This document shows, one piece after another, positions 50,801-59,420 of a stretch of 59,635 nucleotides of DNA. The notes beneath the pieces are model-generated. The model was not told where the DNA came from, searched no databases, and saw only the letters and a program-made list of their open reading frames with translations. The first letter of the stretch is position 1. Each line of letters opens with the position of its first letter. The position numbers and the translations under genes are program-made. Origin of the DNA: an uncultured Flavobacteriaceae bacterium (GTDB lineage Bacteria; Bacteroidota; Bacteroidia; NS11-12g; UBA955); the NCBI GenBank assembly GCA_964450355.1, contig CAYVDH010000002.1:1-59635 (forward strand), written 5' to 3'.

Positions 50801-53800
50801 ACATTCAATGTGGCTAGTGGTAATTACTACGAACAAATATTAATCAACGATTTAATAAACGGCATATCTGCAACAAACAATGTAACCTTCCAATCTGCAT
50901 CTGGAAATCCAAATGATGTTGCTTTAGTTTACAATGGAACTACTGCCAAAAATTACACTTTAAATTTGAATAATTCAAGATTCTTACAATTTAGAAACAT
51001 GACAATTAGTGCTATCAACACTTCTTTTTCTACAGCTTTATTGTTAGATAATAATGCTTCAAACGATAGCTTTATCAATGTGATTTTTAATGGTGTAACA
51101 ACAACAACAAACAGTACAAACTTTGCTGTTATCAGAAGTCCAAGTGGAATTTCTAATTTTATTTATTTTGGAAAATGTACCATCAACAATGGAGCTTACG
51201 GTTCATACTTCTTATCCAATGCTACAGCTCCTAGTACTGAAAATTTAACTTTTGACAATTGTACGTTCAATAACCAATATGCTTTTGGAGTTTACAATCA
51301 AAACATCAATGGTATTAAATTGATTAAAAATAACATCAATACAAATTCTACATTAACTACTTACATTGGAATACACAACAATGGTATTTTAATAAATTCT
51401 GATGCTAACCAACCTTTAATCATCGGAAATTTAATTTATGGAGCAGTATCAGGAACTGGCTTATACAACCAGGCAATGGGTGTTAATTCCACTATGAATT
51501 TAAACAGAAGGCCAATTATAGCCAATAACATGATTCAACTTGGTAACAATGCCAATGCTTGTATAGGTATCAGAGACAACAATACAGTGGCTTACAGTTT
51601 GTATTTGCATAATTCAGTTAATTTAGGTGGAACATCTACAGCAAGTACATCTGCTGCAGGTTATTTTGAATCTTCAACAACTGGAAATGTGTTGTTAAAT
51701 AATAGTTTTGCAGCTTATGCAGGTAATCCAGCCCTAAGAATTAATACACCTACTAATTACCGTTCAAACTACAACAATTTATTTACAACAGGAGCTAATC
51801 TTGCTTATCAAAGTACTACTGCAAGAACAACCATCGCATTATGGAAAAGCAATACATTGATAGATACAAATTCTATCAATGTAAATCCAATGCACAGCAG
51901 CAACATTGATTTACATTCAAATCAATCATCCATGAACAATGCTGGGACTCCAACAAGTTTTGTGATTAGTGATTACGATGGCAATACCCGTTGTCCTAAT
52001 GCAGGATGCGCAGGTTCTACTAGCAATCCTGATATTGGTGCAGACGAATTTGTTCCTGTAAGTTTTGATGCTGCTATCAATAGTATAAATACACCAGCAA
52101 CAATATGTCCTGGTTCATCTACTATCAATGTAACATTGCGAAATGCAGGCTCTACAACTTTGACATCAGCGAGTATTAATTGGTCTGTAAATGGTGTTGC
52201 TCAAACTCCATTTAGTTGGACTGGATCTTTAGCACAAGGTATAAGTGGCACATTTAATTTAGGTCCATTTAATTTTACTTCAAGCAATTCTACCATCAAA
52301 GTATGGGCAACTAATCCTAATAGCAATACTGATCAAAATAACATGAATGATACTGCTATAAGAATTCCATTGTTTACATTAAAAGGTAGCTTTACTATAG
52401 GTGGAAATAATCCAGATTTCAGAACATTTAATGAAGCTGCTACTGCTCTTAACACAAGAGGAGTATGTGGTCCAGTGATATTCAATGTAAGACAAGGCAC
52501 TTATGGAGATAGAATTCAAATAAATTCAATTAGCGGTTCCTCTGACATAAATTTCATTACTTTCAGACCGGATCCTAGCAATACTGCACCTGTAGAATTG
52601 ATAGTAGATGGTAACTCATCTGCAAATGACAATCACACCATTTTCCTAAATGGTACAAGATTTATAGCCTTTAGGGAAATGAGAATAACGAATGCCTCTT
52701 TAGGTAATAGCTCATTTGGTTCTGTATTAAGATTTGCAGGAACACAAGACAGTGTATTGTTTATTAAAAACATCATTTCAGGCCCTGTAACTACTAGTAC
52801 AAGTACTAACTTTGCTGTAGTGAACCATGGAACTGGGGCTGCAAATATGATCAACAGATTTGTGTTGGATAGCAATACCATCAGCAACGGTAGTTATGGA
52901 GTGTATTTGTATGGAAACACAAATTCATCTGCTAGTACTTTAGAGTTCAGAAACAGAATAAGACATAATCAAATCAATGGCGCTTATTATTCAGGAATAC
53001 AAACTTATTTCCAAAGAAGAAATGACATCATTGGCAATAGAATTTGGTTAAGTCCTACTTCACAAACAGGGTCTGTTGGAGTTTACATAGATTATGTTGA
53101 CTCGTTCCGTTTTGAAAGAAACAACATCAATAATTTTGGACAATACGGATTGTATTTACAAAGGGCTAATTTCCAATTTGGAGGTGGCTCATTTAAATCT
53201 ACCATTCAAAACAACATGATAGGAGGAAAATCAACACAAGCTAATCCATATGGTATTTATTTTTCTACATCATCACCGGGTTGTTTCCATTTAAATATTT
53301 ACCACAATTCAATAAGTGTTACTAGTGGTAATACTGGTTCTGCAGTATTTTTACAACAAACTTCTAACAACCAATTTGATTATTTAGATTTCCAAAACAA
53401 CTCCTTTGCTAACTTTGGAAATGGATCTTATGTGTGTTATTTTTACTGTAGTCCTGTTATTCCTAATTTAACAATTAATTACAATAACTACTTTAATGGA
53501 AGCAACAACTTGATTGTTATTGCTACAGGAGGTTATACCAACCCTACAGCAGGTGCACCTACTTATAATAATAACTCAATTGGTGGAAACCCTGGCTATT
53601 TCAATAATTTAAACAATTTAAAAGCAGCTAGAACACAACTTGACAACAAAGGAACCAATATCAGTTCTTGTTTAATTGATATTGAAAATGAAGTAAGACC
53701 AAAATCTCCATCATCAATAGTGGATATTGGAGCTGATGAGCACAATCCAGTTCAATTAGATATATCGGTTACTGGATTAAATGCACCTAGTATTTGTACC

Positions 53801-56800
53801 AACACCCAACCAATTTCTATTAGAGTTAGTAATGCTGCCTTTAAGCGAATAGACAGTTTTAGATTGAATTGGTCTGTAAATGGAGTAATACAAACACCTA
53901 CTTATGTTACAAGTACCATTAATTCAGGGAATTTTGTGAATGCAACAGTAACATCCTCGTTTAACTTTACCAATAATACAGATTATAATTTCAGTTTCTG
54001 GGCATTCAGACCGAATGGTGTTAATGATTCAGTTCCAGATAACGATACATTTAAAACAGTGTTTAGTTTCTTAGGAAATGCACAAGCTCCTATTACTTAT
54101 AATAATGCACAATGTGGAGCTGGTCTGTCTTTCTTATCTGGAAATGCAGTGTTAAGCTCTGATTCAATTTCATGGCACACAGCCAATGTTGGTGGAACAA
54201 CCCTAGGAATAGGTAATAAAATAGTAGGACCTTACATCAACAGAACCACCACTTTTTATGCTCAAGCCATTAGATTTAGTAAAGCCATTAGATTTGGACC
54301 AACAGGAAATACAGGAGTTAATATTACCCAAACAAACCCATATGGAGGTATGTACAATGTTACACCTAGTAAAAACATATACTTAGATAGTGTCTTGTTC
54401 CGTTTGTGGTATAATGTGCCTAACACTGGTTATAAATTGTTTTATAAAACGGGTGGATTCAGTGGATTTGAAACCAATTCAAGTGCATGGACTCAATTAA
54501 GTTCTGGAGCAGTTACTTTCTTCAATCAAGCAGGTCAAAACTATGGTAGAGTGCCAACAAATGGATTGTTCTTAACGGCTGGTCAACAATACAGTTTTTA
54601 TATTACAACTCAAGTTGGTGGTTTATACCCTACAGGTAATTCATTATATTCTCAAAGTGCTGGAGCTACAGTAACTAATCCAGATATGACCATTCAAGGT
54701 GGTGGTAGCATCATTATTGGTGAATTTGGATCAGTTCAAGTACTTACAAATTGGCATCCTGAATTCTCATTGGTGTATAAAAACCAATGTAATGGTGGTC
54801 CTCGTTCGCCAATTGTAGTGACTGTAAAACCAAGACCAACTTCTATCATCACACAAGGAACGCCTTTCCAAGGGCAATTTAACTTTGGATTACCTGCTAA
54901 TCCTGATGTAGCTGAGGTAGGTAAAACAAACACTTATGAAATTACCCCTCCAGTAGGCTATAACAATGCTGATCATGGAACTACTTGGGCAGTAACAAGC
55001 ATTTATGCTAATACCAAATGGGGAATAACTGTACCAATGACTGAATACGATACAGTTCTTCCATCAGCGAATGGACCTGGATTAATTATGTTTAAACCTA
55101 ATACTTTCTATTTAGATAGTTTAATTACGTTTACTGTGAATATGTCCGACTTTGGACCATATAATTGTGATTCAACATTAAAAAGAACTGTAATGGTTGC
55201 ACCAACCCCAAAAACTAATTTTGTATTTGGCGATACCATTTGTTTAGGAACTACTACTTTCTTTGATAATTTAACTTCAATACATTCAGGAGATGCCACA
55301 TACAAATGGTATTTTGGTACACCAAATAACGACAGTTCTGACAATAAAAATCCAGATTTTAATTTCCCATCAGCTGGCGCTTACAATGTAAGATTAGTTG
55401 CTACAAGTACACCATGGGGTGTAGTTAAAGACACTACCATTACCGTTAACATCATTGATGTGCCTAATGTGAAATTTAAGGTCATAAACCAATGCGAAGG
55501 CATACCTGTTGTATTCCAAAATCAAACAACAGTATCAGGTGCTGGTGCTTTACAGTATAGTTGGAATTTTGGTGATAATTCACCTAAATCTAATGTAACA
55601 AGTCCTTCTCACTTGTACAACATTCCAAAAAGTTATCCAGTGACATTGAGTGTTAACTTCAATGGTTGTAGAGTTGATTTAACTAAAAATGCATACCAAT
55701 TCCCAAGACCTGATGCAGAATTCAATCTACCTAGTGCTCCTGTTTGTGCTAAATCAGAAATAGATATCACCGACAATTCTACCATTGCTTGGGGTGAATA
55801 TGGAACTTATTACACCTTTGGAGACGGAAATTTTGGAACTGTTGAAGATGTAAAACACACGTATCAAAATAGTGGAACATACAACATCAAGTTGTTAACT
55901 ATATCAGAGTTTGGTTGCGCTGATTCTATAACAAAACAGATGACAATAAAATCTAAACCTACATCAGACTTTACGTTCCCATTTGCTTGTAGCATCACCC
56001 CTACACCATTTACTAATAATTCAACTATACCAGCCGGGGAGAGTGTAAATAATTATTTATGGTCATTCAGCGATAACACTTCATCAACCCTTACTAATCC
56101 ATCAAAATCATGGTCGATAATTGGACCAAAAACAGTGAAATTAAAAACGGTATTAAACAATGGTTGTGAAGATGAGATCATCAAGACATTGAATGTAGGA
56201 GTTCAACCTACAGTCGTATTTGAAGCCGAAGATCAATGTGTGGGCAAAGAGGTTAATTTCACCAATAAGACCACTTATCCTCAAGGAAACATCACTTATT
56301 TCTGGGATTTTGGAGACAATACAAGTACTACTCAAATGCATCCTAACAAAACTTACAGTACTGGAATGGGCGGTGGAGCTGCTACTTACAATGTTAAATT
56401 GGTTGCTTCTATAGCTGGTGGTTGTAAAGATTCAATGATTAAAACCATTTCAATTAATCCACTACCTACCTCTTGTGATTTTGATTTCAGACGTGATTTT
56501 AGCATTTCTAAAACTGCATACGTTTTCACACCACTAGGAACTACCACTGGCATTAATTATGTTTGGTACACTGGCGATGGTAATGCCATCAATTCATCTG
56601 CAACTGGAATGACATACTCATTTGCCAACCAAGGAAAATTCTGTGTGGAAATGGTTGCATCTAATGCATCAGGATGTGAATGTTCTAAGATTAAATGTGT
56701 AACAGTAGCTACAGGAGTAAATTCAGTAAATGGCAACAATGATTTAGTTACAGTATATCCAAATCCAAATGCTGGAGTATTTAATATTGAGATTGAAGGT

Positions 56801-56977
56801 AACACTGAAAAATCTGAGATTACAATATACAATGGCTTAGGTGTATTAATTAAAACCATAGAAAATTCTGAAAAAACAAACTTAATTGATTTAAGTCAGT
56901 ATTCTTCTGGAGTTTACATGATTAAAGTGAATGTAGGCAACAAAATAATCACCAAAACAGTGACTGTATCCAAATAA
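44801..56977 (+). CDS. Giant T9SS-secreted adhesin-like protein (4058 aa): GEVED domain, five right-handed-beta-helix + CARDB-like modules, a PKD array and a Por C-terminal domain
   Basis: Signal ..TLQLNSQ. N-terminal GEVED-type domain ending NLGYGEIEDYTLIV. Repeated (L/M)(S/A/N)G.YTI(N/G).SGSG..NF modules. CARDB-like units (NYGSNTVTSANVNY....WTGSLATCDTAHVTF). About 6 PKD units (W.FGD....S....H.Y...G.Y.V.L). C-terminal domain VYPNPNAGVFNIEIEG...SGVYMIKVNVG..ITKTVTVSK. Confidence 0.85.
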   Translation: MLKKILLTVLFTSWITLQLNSQCFSPPNYCTPTVTNINSYGIGLQNVTLGSTINNSTTATGLAPNYFNFTSMAVSGAANSTINFSIQNGGSNTTGARIFIDYDQNGTFSTSSPELVWTSSNTSPGVTVTGSFTIPSGQNPGVYRIRVTGDLGGQGANPCNLGYGEIEDYTLIVTSSTTDGQVISNHLPTKYVLGNNTIGITMANYTNSSISSMKIGYQLGSNTPVEQSLTGLSVAAGSIYSTTFSNQLNIGSTGTYTIKVWIDSINGAANNSTNNDTLCRTFVVCAGLSGTYTINPSGSGSSNFKRFGEADSALINCGVSGKVTFNVASGTYNEQIIIPNSISGLSASNNVTFQSATGNASDVNLTFSANTTNNFTLRLDGATFIRFKDMTITASNTNFGTALSILNNSNNDSFINVTFNGISTTSTSQNLAVINSPSNAIFHYLYFGNCRVNNGSYGTFLQSSSSSILGASSQNLTFFNCEFKNQYAYGMYNQYLDGLKFIYNKITTNSTYTAYTGIYNYWIMILDDTKRPIIYGNTISGAVGGTGMYNQYFGVNSTINALRKPQIFNNMIQIGTSANSTYGLRVANDYGSDFIHNTINITTTQNTSSSAAAFFESISSNTSNVTNNIFSSTTGAPAIRITTITNYNPVNFNDLYTSGTNLAYLNTTAYTTIAAWRTASGRDANSVNVNPGYVSSSDLHISGGPILLVPLNNSILTDIDGQTRCSLTDIGADFHPLTNDIGISRVIHPNNGIAGSGNRDIIVVLRNFGTNTVTSANVSYRDASTVKTIAWTGSLGLCDSAIVTFTGSNQYNFTGNWSLKFFTSAPNGTTDSYIPNDTLRMNGCVGLAGNYTINPSGSGSTNFTTFAAAISAMQSCGIATPVRFIVSASTYSEQISIPAINGTSTTNTITFDGGNGNASTRILTFSSTSASLPYVLRFSNCNNVIFRNMTIQAPSTTDAWPVHFLDGFNNRVSNCVIEISGSGASATASNLIPVVINGNATSVSTASTIANNHSVDSNTINAGYYNMYITLNNTNNIINVFNNSFNQGYQYGVYFVNPFSLRFNRNSVTMRTSITSNIPVYLQSLNNSGTTYFELNGNKILNPGQMGIYLNSCSNSGTGFNRIYNNMVGGNFRYATGTYGIYLTSCTRNQLYHNSVNMDIATTSGTNSCIFITSGSLNDVRNNHLAVTNPASVNAFNLYLSSSAVVTNVDYNNYYNLSTSSSLMYNGGPSYELYNYKAAFPNGGGLNSISINPNYVSLSDLHSSAPCNDAASIGVATDIDGQTRSSKPDIGADEVTGLGTNDIGVSEILSPVFPLSSGNNTIKVVIKNYGSNTVTSANVNYNINNSGVTTQSWTGSLATCDTAHVTFNTQYNFSTGANYIETYTTSPNGNTDSKRSNDSIKTSICTAMSGLYTINASGSGSTNYTSFKNAVDALICAGVSGPVTFSVAAGTYNERVVVPPINGTSTTNTIVFDGGNGNAGSRIITFATTSTALQVLQLKACNNITFRNLTIRSTSTSTAWVAHFLDGVNNRINNCVIDMTGTATTSTSSAFTAVVMNGSNSTISTQSFFGNNNILDSNTISFGYYNVYVAMNALTNTFITRNNTLNNSYLYGYFSNGNYSPIVSGNTLNLRTTTTSNYGIYFQNCNNTQGNFMTINANRIINAGIYGIYLTSCSKSGTDYNIISNNMVGNFRHTAGPAGIFLTSASRNLIYHNSIDLSSATLNTSNNAAIFIQNGSANEVRNNHLMVSNTTALNAYPLWITPTSAVAAVDYNNYFNLSSSYVLNLANNLITINSYKNAYPAGGGVNSSSVNPLFVSSTDLHSTNTCFTGQNLSSIITTDVDGESRSSTPDMGADEVNNLANNDMGVMKINSPKSPISAGTNTVNVTLRNYGSNTITSANINYILNGASPVTQSWTGSLAPCDTANFTFTTSANMSSGSNSLRVFTSNPNGASDPVNNNDTARFNLCGALNGTYTIGSSGNYPNFTAAVNALYCGGVSGKVTFNVASGNYYEQILINDLINGISATNNVTFQSASGNPNDVALVYNGTTAKNYTLNLNNSRFLQFRNMTISAINTSFSTALLLDNNASNDSFINVIFNGVTTTTNSTNFAVIRSPSGISNFIYFGKCTINNGAYGSYFLSNATAPSTENLTFDNCTFNNQYAFGVYNQNINGIKLIKNNINTNSTLTTYIGIHNNGILINSDANQPLIIGNLIYGAVSGTGLYNQAMGVNSTMNLNRRPIIANNMIQLGNNANACIGIRDNNTVAYSLYLHNSVNLGGTSTASTSAAGYFESSTTGNVLLNNSFAAYAGNPALRINTPTNYRSNYNNLFTTGANLAYQSTTARTTIALWKSNTLIDTNSINVNPMHSSNIDLHSNQSSMNNAGTPTSFVISDYDGNTRCPNAGCAGSTSNPDIGADEFVPVSFDAAINSINTPATICPGSSTINVTLRNAGSTTLTSASINWSVNGVAQTPFSWTGSLAQGISGTFNLGPFNFTSSNSTIKVWATNPNSNTDQNNMNDTAIRIPLFTLKGSFTIGGNNPDFRTFNEAATALNTRGVCGPVIFNVRQGTYGDRIQINSISGSSDINFITFRPDPSNTAPVELIVDGNSSANDNHTIFLNGTRFIAFREMRITNASLGNSSFGSVLRFAGTQDSVLFIKNIISGPVTTSTSTNFAVVNHGTGAANMINRFVLDSNTISNGSYGVYLYGNTNSSASTLEFRNRIRHNQINGAYYSGIQTYFQRRNDIIGNRIWLSPTSQTGSVGVYIDYVDSFRFERNNINNFGQYGLYLQRANFQFGGGSFKSTIQNNMIGGKSTQANPYGIYFSTSSPGCFHLNIYHNSISVTSGNTGSAVFLQQTSNNQFDYLDFQNNSFANFGNGSYVCYFYCSPVIPNLTINYNNYFNGSNNLIVIATGGYTNPTAGAPTYNNNSIGGNPGYFNNLNNLKAARTQLDNKGTNISSCLIDIENEVRPKSPSSIVDIGADEHNPVQLDISVTGLNAPSICTNTQPISIRVSNAAFKRIDSFRLNWSVNGVIQTPTYVTSTINSGNFVNATVTSSFNFTNNTDYNFSFWAFRPNGVNDSVPDNDTFKTVFSFLGNAQAPITYNNAQCGAGLSFLSGNAVLSSDSISWHTANVGGTTLGIGNKIVGPYINRTTTFYAQAIRFSKAIRFGPTGNTGVNITQTNPYGGMYNVTPSKNIYLDSVLFRLWYNVPNTGYKLFYKTGGFSGFETNSSAWTQLSSGAVTFFNQAGQNYGRVPTNGLFLTAGQQYSFYITTQVGGLYPTGNSLYSQSAGATVTNPDMTIQGGGSIIIGEFGSVQVLTNWHPEFSLVYKNQCNGGPRSPIVVTVKPRPTSIITQGTPFQGQFNFGLPANPDVAEVGKTNTYEITPPVGYNNADHGTTWAVTSIYANTKWGITVPMTEYDTVLPSANGPGLIMFKPNTFYLDSLITFTVNMSDFGPYNCDSTLKRTVMVAPTPKTNFVFGDTICLGTTTFFDNLTSIHSGDATYKWYFGTPNNDSSDNKNPDFNFPSAGAYNVRLVATSTPWGVVKDTTITVNIIDVPNVKFKVINQCEGIPVVFQNQTTVSGAGALQYSWNFGDNSPKSNVTSPSHLYNIPKSYPVTLSVNFNGCRVDLTKNAYQFPRPDAEFNLPSAPVCAKSEIDITDNSTIAWGEYGTYYTFGDGNFGTVEDVKHTYQNSGTYNIKLLTISEFGCADSITKQMTIKSKPTSDFTFPFACSITPTPFTNNSTIPAGESVNNYLWSFSDNTSSTLTNPSKSWSIIGPKTVKLKTVLNNGCEDEIIKTLNVGVQPTVVFEAEDQCVGKEVNFTNKTTYPQGNITYFWDFGDNTSTTQMHPNKTYSTGMGGGAATYNVKLVASIAGGCKDSMIKTISINPLPTSCDFDFRRDFSISKTAYVFTPLGTTTGINYVWYTGDGNAINSSATGMTYSFANQGKFCVEMVASNASGCECSKIKCVTVATGVNSVNGNNDLVTVYPNPNAGVFNIEIEGNTEKSEITIYNGLGVLIKTIENSEKTNLIDLSQYSSGVYMIKVNVGNKIITKTVTVSK
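45669..54060 (+). repeat. Five tandem ~1.68-kb coding modules inside the 4058-aa gene
   Basis: Module starts are at ~45669, 47346, 49027, 50708 and 52384 (the G.YTIN/G motif), giving a period of ~1676-1681 nt. Modules 1 and 4 resemble each other (NVTFQSA(T/S)GN..D(V)..; DSFINV(T/I)FNG). Modules 2 and 3 resemble each other (TNTI(T/V)FDGGNGNA(S/G).RI(L/I)TF; AW(P/V)(V/A)HFLDG(F/V)NNR(V/I)(S/N)NCVI). Module 5 is divergent. Confidence 0.75.
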
Positions 56978-57001
56978 TTAACTTTTAACATCTTTTAAAA
57001 A

Positions 57002-57034
57002 ATGAGCATCTACCTAGGATGCTCATTTTTTTTG
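57002..57034 (+). terminator. Rho-independent terminator of the 4058-aa gene
   Basis: ATGAGCATC-tacctag-GATGCTCAT (perfect 9-bp stem) followed by an 8-T run, 25 nt after the stop codon. It is preceded by an A-run, so it could act in both directions. Confidence 0.85.
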
Positions 57035-57370
57035 TATATTCGTTTTGCCAAAGTTAAATTCATTATGAAATTAAATTAATGCAAGTAAATTGTTGAAGGT
57101 TCCAAAAGTCCACCAACTACTGGTAATCACAAACTATCTAAAAATTCATAAAAATAGTTAAATTTGCATAAAATAATTAAACAATTGATTTAAAAGGTTT
57201 TAAAATCTCAGAATTTGAAAATGTGTTTATAGTCAAATTGACTTTACAGTCATCCTCCAAATACCAGAAACATTGACTTTCAAACTTACTTAATTTGAAT
57301 TTTAAAAAAAATAAACATAAAAAGAAACCTGGCAAAAAGAGATAAACTATGAAATAGAAGTAATATAGGA

Positions 57371-57961
57371 ATGAGCAAGGCAAAGAGAAAAATAAAAATA
57401 ATGGTTGGCTCAACAGTTTATGGATTTGAAGACCAAATCTCACAAATAGTCGCACAATTTAATACTTTAGGCTATCAAGTACTTAATTCGCATCATGGCA
57501 GTATAAAAGTAAATCCACAATTATCAAACATGGAAAATTGTTTGAAAGCTGTTGAAGAATGTGATTTGTTTTTAGGAATTATTCGACCTTATTTCGGAAC
57601 TGGCAATATTGGGGACAAGAACATTACATTTGAAGAAATTAAAAAAGCAATAAAATTGAAAAAACCATATTGGTTTTTAGTTCATAGAGATGTTGTATTT
57701 GCTCGTAATCTTTTTAAAAAAATGAAATTGAAAAGCGGTGATGAAATTGTAATTGAAGACAATAAATTCTTTGATAAGAGATGTATTGAGGTGTATGAAT
57801 ATGTTATTCAGAACCAATTACCAGTTACACTTCGTAATGGAAATTGGGCACTGGAATTTTATCGCCTTGATGAAATGATGGTGTATATAAATGCACAGTT
57901 TACCGACAAAGAATTTATCAATGAAATAATGAATCAAACAAATAGAAACGATGGAAAATAG
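57371..57961 (+). CDS. DUF4062-like (TIR/nucleoside-deoxyribosyltransferase-like fold) domain protein (196 aa)
   Basis: IKIMVGSTVYGFEDQISQIVAQFNTLGYQVL ... NCLKAVEECDLFLGIIRPYFGTG ... ITFEEIKKAIKLKKPYWFLV fits my memory of the DUF4062 pattern (VF(I/L)SST..DL.EER..V....LG..V ... CL..V..CD(I/L)(F/Y)(I/L)GI.G.RYG ... E(Y/F)..A...(G/K)P.L.F). The assignment needs an HMM check. The start could instead be the internal Met at 57401. Confidence 0.5.
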   Translation: MSKAKRKIKIMVGSTVYGFEDQISQIVAQFNTLGYQVLNSHHGSIKVNPQLSNMENCLKAVEECDLFLGIIRPYFGTGNIGDKNITFEEIKKAIKLKKPYWFLVHRDVVFARNLFKKMKLKSGDEIVIEDNKFFDKRCIEVYEYVIQNQLPVTLRNGNWALEFYRLDEMMVYINAQFTDKEFINEIMNQTNRNDGK

Positions 57962-59420
57962 TTTTATCATAGAAAATCTGTTACAACAGAAAGAAAGTGT
58001 TCGATTGGAGTTTAAATCAACTATAAATATTGATTCAATTGCAAAATCTATTACCTCTTTTATAAATACCCAAGGAGGTGATTTAGTTGTTGGAATTGAC
58101 GACAATAAAAATGTATTGGGAGTTGAACATGCTCAGCAACAATCTATAACTATACAAAATGCTTTAGTAAATTTAATCAAACCTACTGCTCCTATTTCTG
58201 TACAGGCAATTTCCTATAAAACCAAAGAGGTCATTTTAATCAGTGTTTGGGAAGGAGCAAAAAAGCCTTATCTATTCAACAGTGTTATTTATAACAGAAT
58301 TGGTAAGGTTACAAAAACTACCAGTCCTAATAAACTTACTAATCTTATCTCACAACGAAAACAAGCCGATTTTCATTGGGAAAGATTGCCTGTATTAGGT
58401 GCAGAGCTAACTGATTTAGATTCTGCTGAAATAAAAAAAACGATTAAGTTTTATAAGGAATATAAAAAAGATGCTAAAATTGAAGATGTAGAAGATTTTT
58501 TAATACATGTTGGATTAATTCAAAATGGCAATATGACTAATGCCTGCATGGTTTTGTTTGGCAAAAATCCATTACGATTTATCTCTCAATCAAGAATCAG
58601 ACTTACACTTTATCCTTCTAAAACATCGGGCAATGAGTTTATTGATGATAAGATGTTTGAAGGCAATATCTTTAAAAATATAGCAGCAATTTTTGATTAT
58701 TTGGATATTGTTTATGGTAAAAATCATACTGTAAAAGGGCTTTTAAGAACAGACAAAACAAACTATCCTGTATTGGCATTACGTGAAGGTATTTTAAATG
58801 CTATTGTTCATAGAGATTATAATTCTGTTAAGGGTTTTTTACAAATATCTATTTTTGCAGATAGAACAGAAGTAAGTAATTATGGTGCTTTACCTACTGG
58901 TATTACTGTTGCTGATTTAAAGATAGAACATAGTTCAATTCTTCGCAATCCTGATATAGCCCAAATGTGCTTTCACAGAAAGTATATTGAGATGCTTGGA
59001 ACTGGAACGCAAAGAATGATTAGAGATTGTAAAGTAAATAAGTTTAAGATTCCAGTTTGGAAACAGAAAGAAAACGTAACAATTGTTGTTTTTCCTGATG
59101 TTGCACATAATAGAAAGAGCGAGGGTACAACTAAGGGAATACTTAAGGGAATAAGTAAAGGAATAATCACTAATATTGAGGGAATAACTGAGGGAATAAC
59201 TGCGGATGTAAAAGAGAAAATAACAAAGATCTTATTAGTGCTCTACAAGGAAGAAGGAGTTAGAACGGTAAATATTGAAAAGCTAATTGATATTCCTACT
59301 AAAAGTTTAGAAAGATATTTAAAACTCCTAAAAGATACAGGGATAATTGAATATAAAGGTGCCAACAGAACAGGTGGATATTATCTAACTAAGAAAGTAA
59401 AAAATATGCTTAAAAAATAA
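57951..59420 (+). CDS. AlbA_2 (Schlafen-like) DNA-binding domain + HATPase_c_4 + C-terminal winged-helix protein (489 aa; this family is often auto-annotated 'RecG-like')
   Basis: N-terminal ESVRLEFKSTINIDSIAKSITSFINTQGGDLVVGIDDNKNVLGV (AlbA_2 signature E...(L/V)EFK........I.....AFAN..GG.L..G(V/I)). Central LREGILNAIVHRDY (HATPase_c_4 signature). GI(L/S/T)(K/E)G repeat linker. C-terminal wHTH-like ..LERYLKLLKDTGIIEYKGANRTGGYYL. Overlaps the upstream gene by 11 nt. Confidence 0.65.
   Translation: MENSFIIENLLQQKESVRLEFKSTINIDSIAKSITSFINTQGGDLVVGIDDNKNVLGVEHAQQQSITIQNALVNLIKPTAPISVQAISYKTKEVILISVWEGAKKPYLFNSVIYNRIGKVTKTTSPNKLTNLISQRKQADFHWERLPVLGAELTDLDSAEIKKTIKFYKEYKKDAKIEDVEDFLIHVGLIQNGNMTNACMVLFGKNPLRFISQSRIRLTLYPSKTSGNEFIDDKMFEGNIFKNIAAIFDYLDIVYGKNHTVKGLLRTDKTNYPVLALREGILNAIVHRDYNSVKGFLQISIFADRTEVSNYGALPTGITVADLKIEHSSILRNPDIAQMCFHRKYIEMLGTGTQRMIRDCKVNKFKIPVWKQKENVTIVVFPDVAHNRKSEGTTKGILKGISKGIITNIEGITEGITADVKEKITKILLVLYKEEGVRTVNIEKLIDIPTKSLERYLKLLKDTGIIEYKGANRTGGYYLTKKVKNMLKK

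Noticed and set aside
45673-52887. Series of 84-128-aa minus-strand ORFs (45673..46059, 47350..47652, 49069..49323, 50503..50724, 52633..52887) recurring with the ~1.68-kb module period
   Set aside because: They recur only because the sense-strand modules are repeated. They are antisense shadows of the conserved G.YTIN..SGSG region and not independent genes.
45669-54060. Regularly spaced repeats that could be mistaken for a CRISPR array or other non-coding repeat array
   Set aside because: The repeat unit is ~1.68 kb, lies wholly within one open reading frame and has protein-level conservation. No short direct repeats with unique spacers occur anywhere in the window.
57237-57280. Direct repeat ATTGACTTT (57237-57245 and 57272-57280) and the palindrome gtcaa-a-ttgac upstream of the DUF4062-like gene, as possible operators
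   Set aside because: They are short, AT-rich and have no supporting context. I cannot distinguish them from chance without comparative data.
57177-57455. 92-aa minus-strand ORF upstream of, and overlapping, the DUF4062-like gene
   Set aside because: It is hydrophobic low-complexity sequence (FFLCLFFLKF..) produced by an AT-rich intergenic/promoter region. It overlaps the start of a better-supported plus-strand gene.
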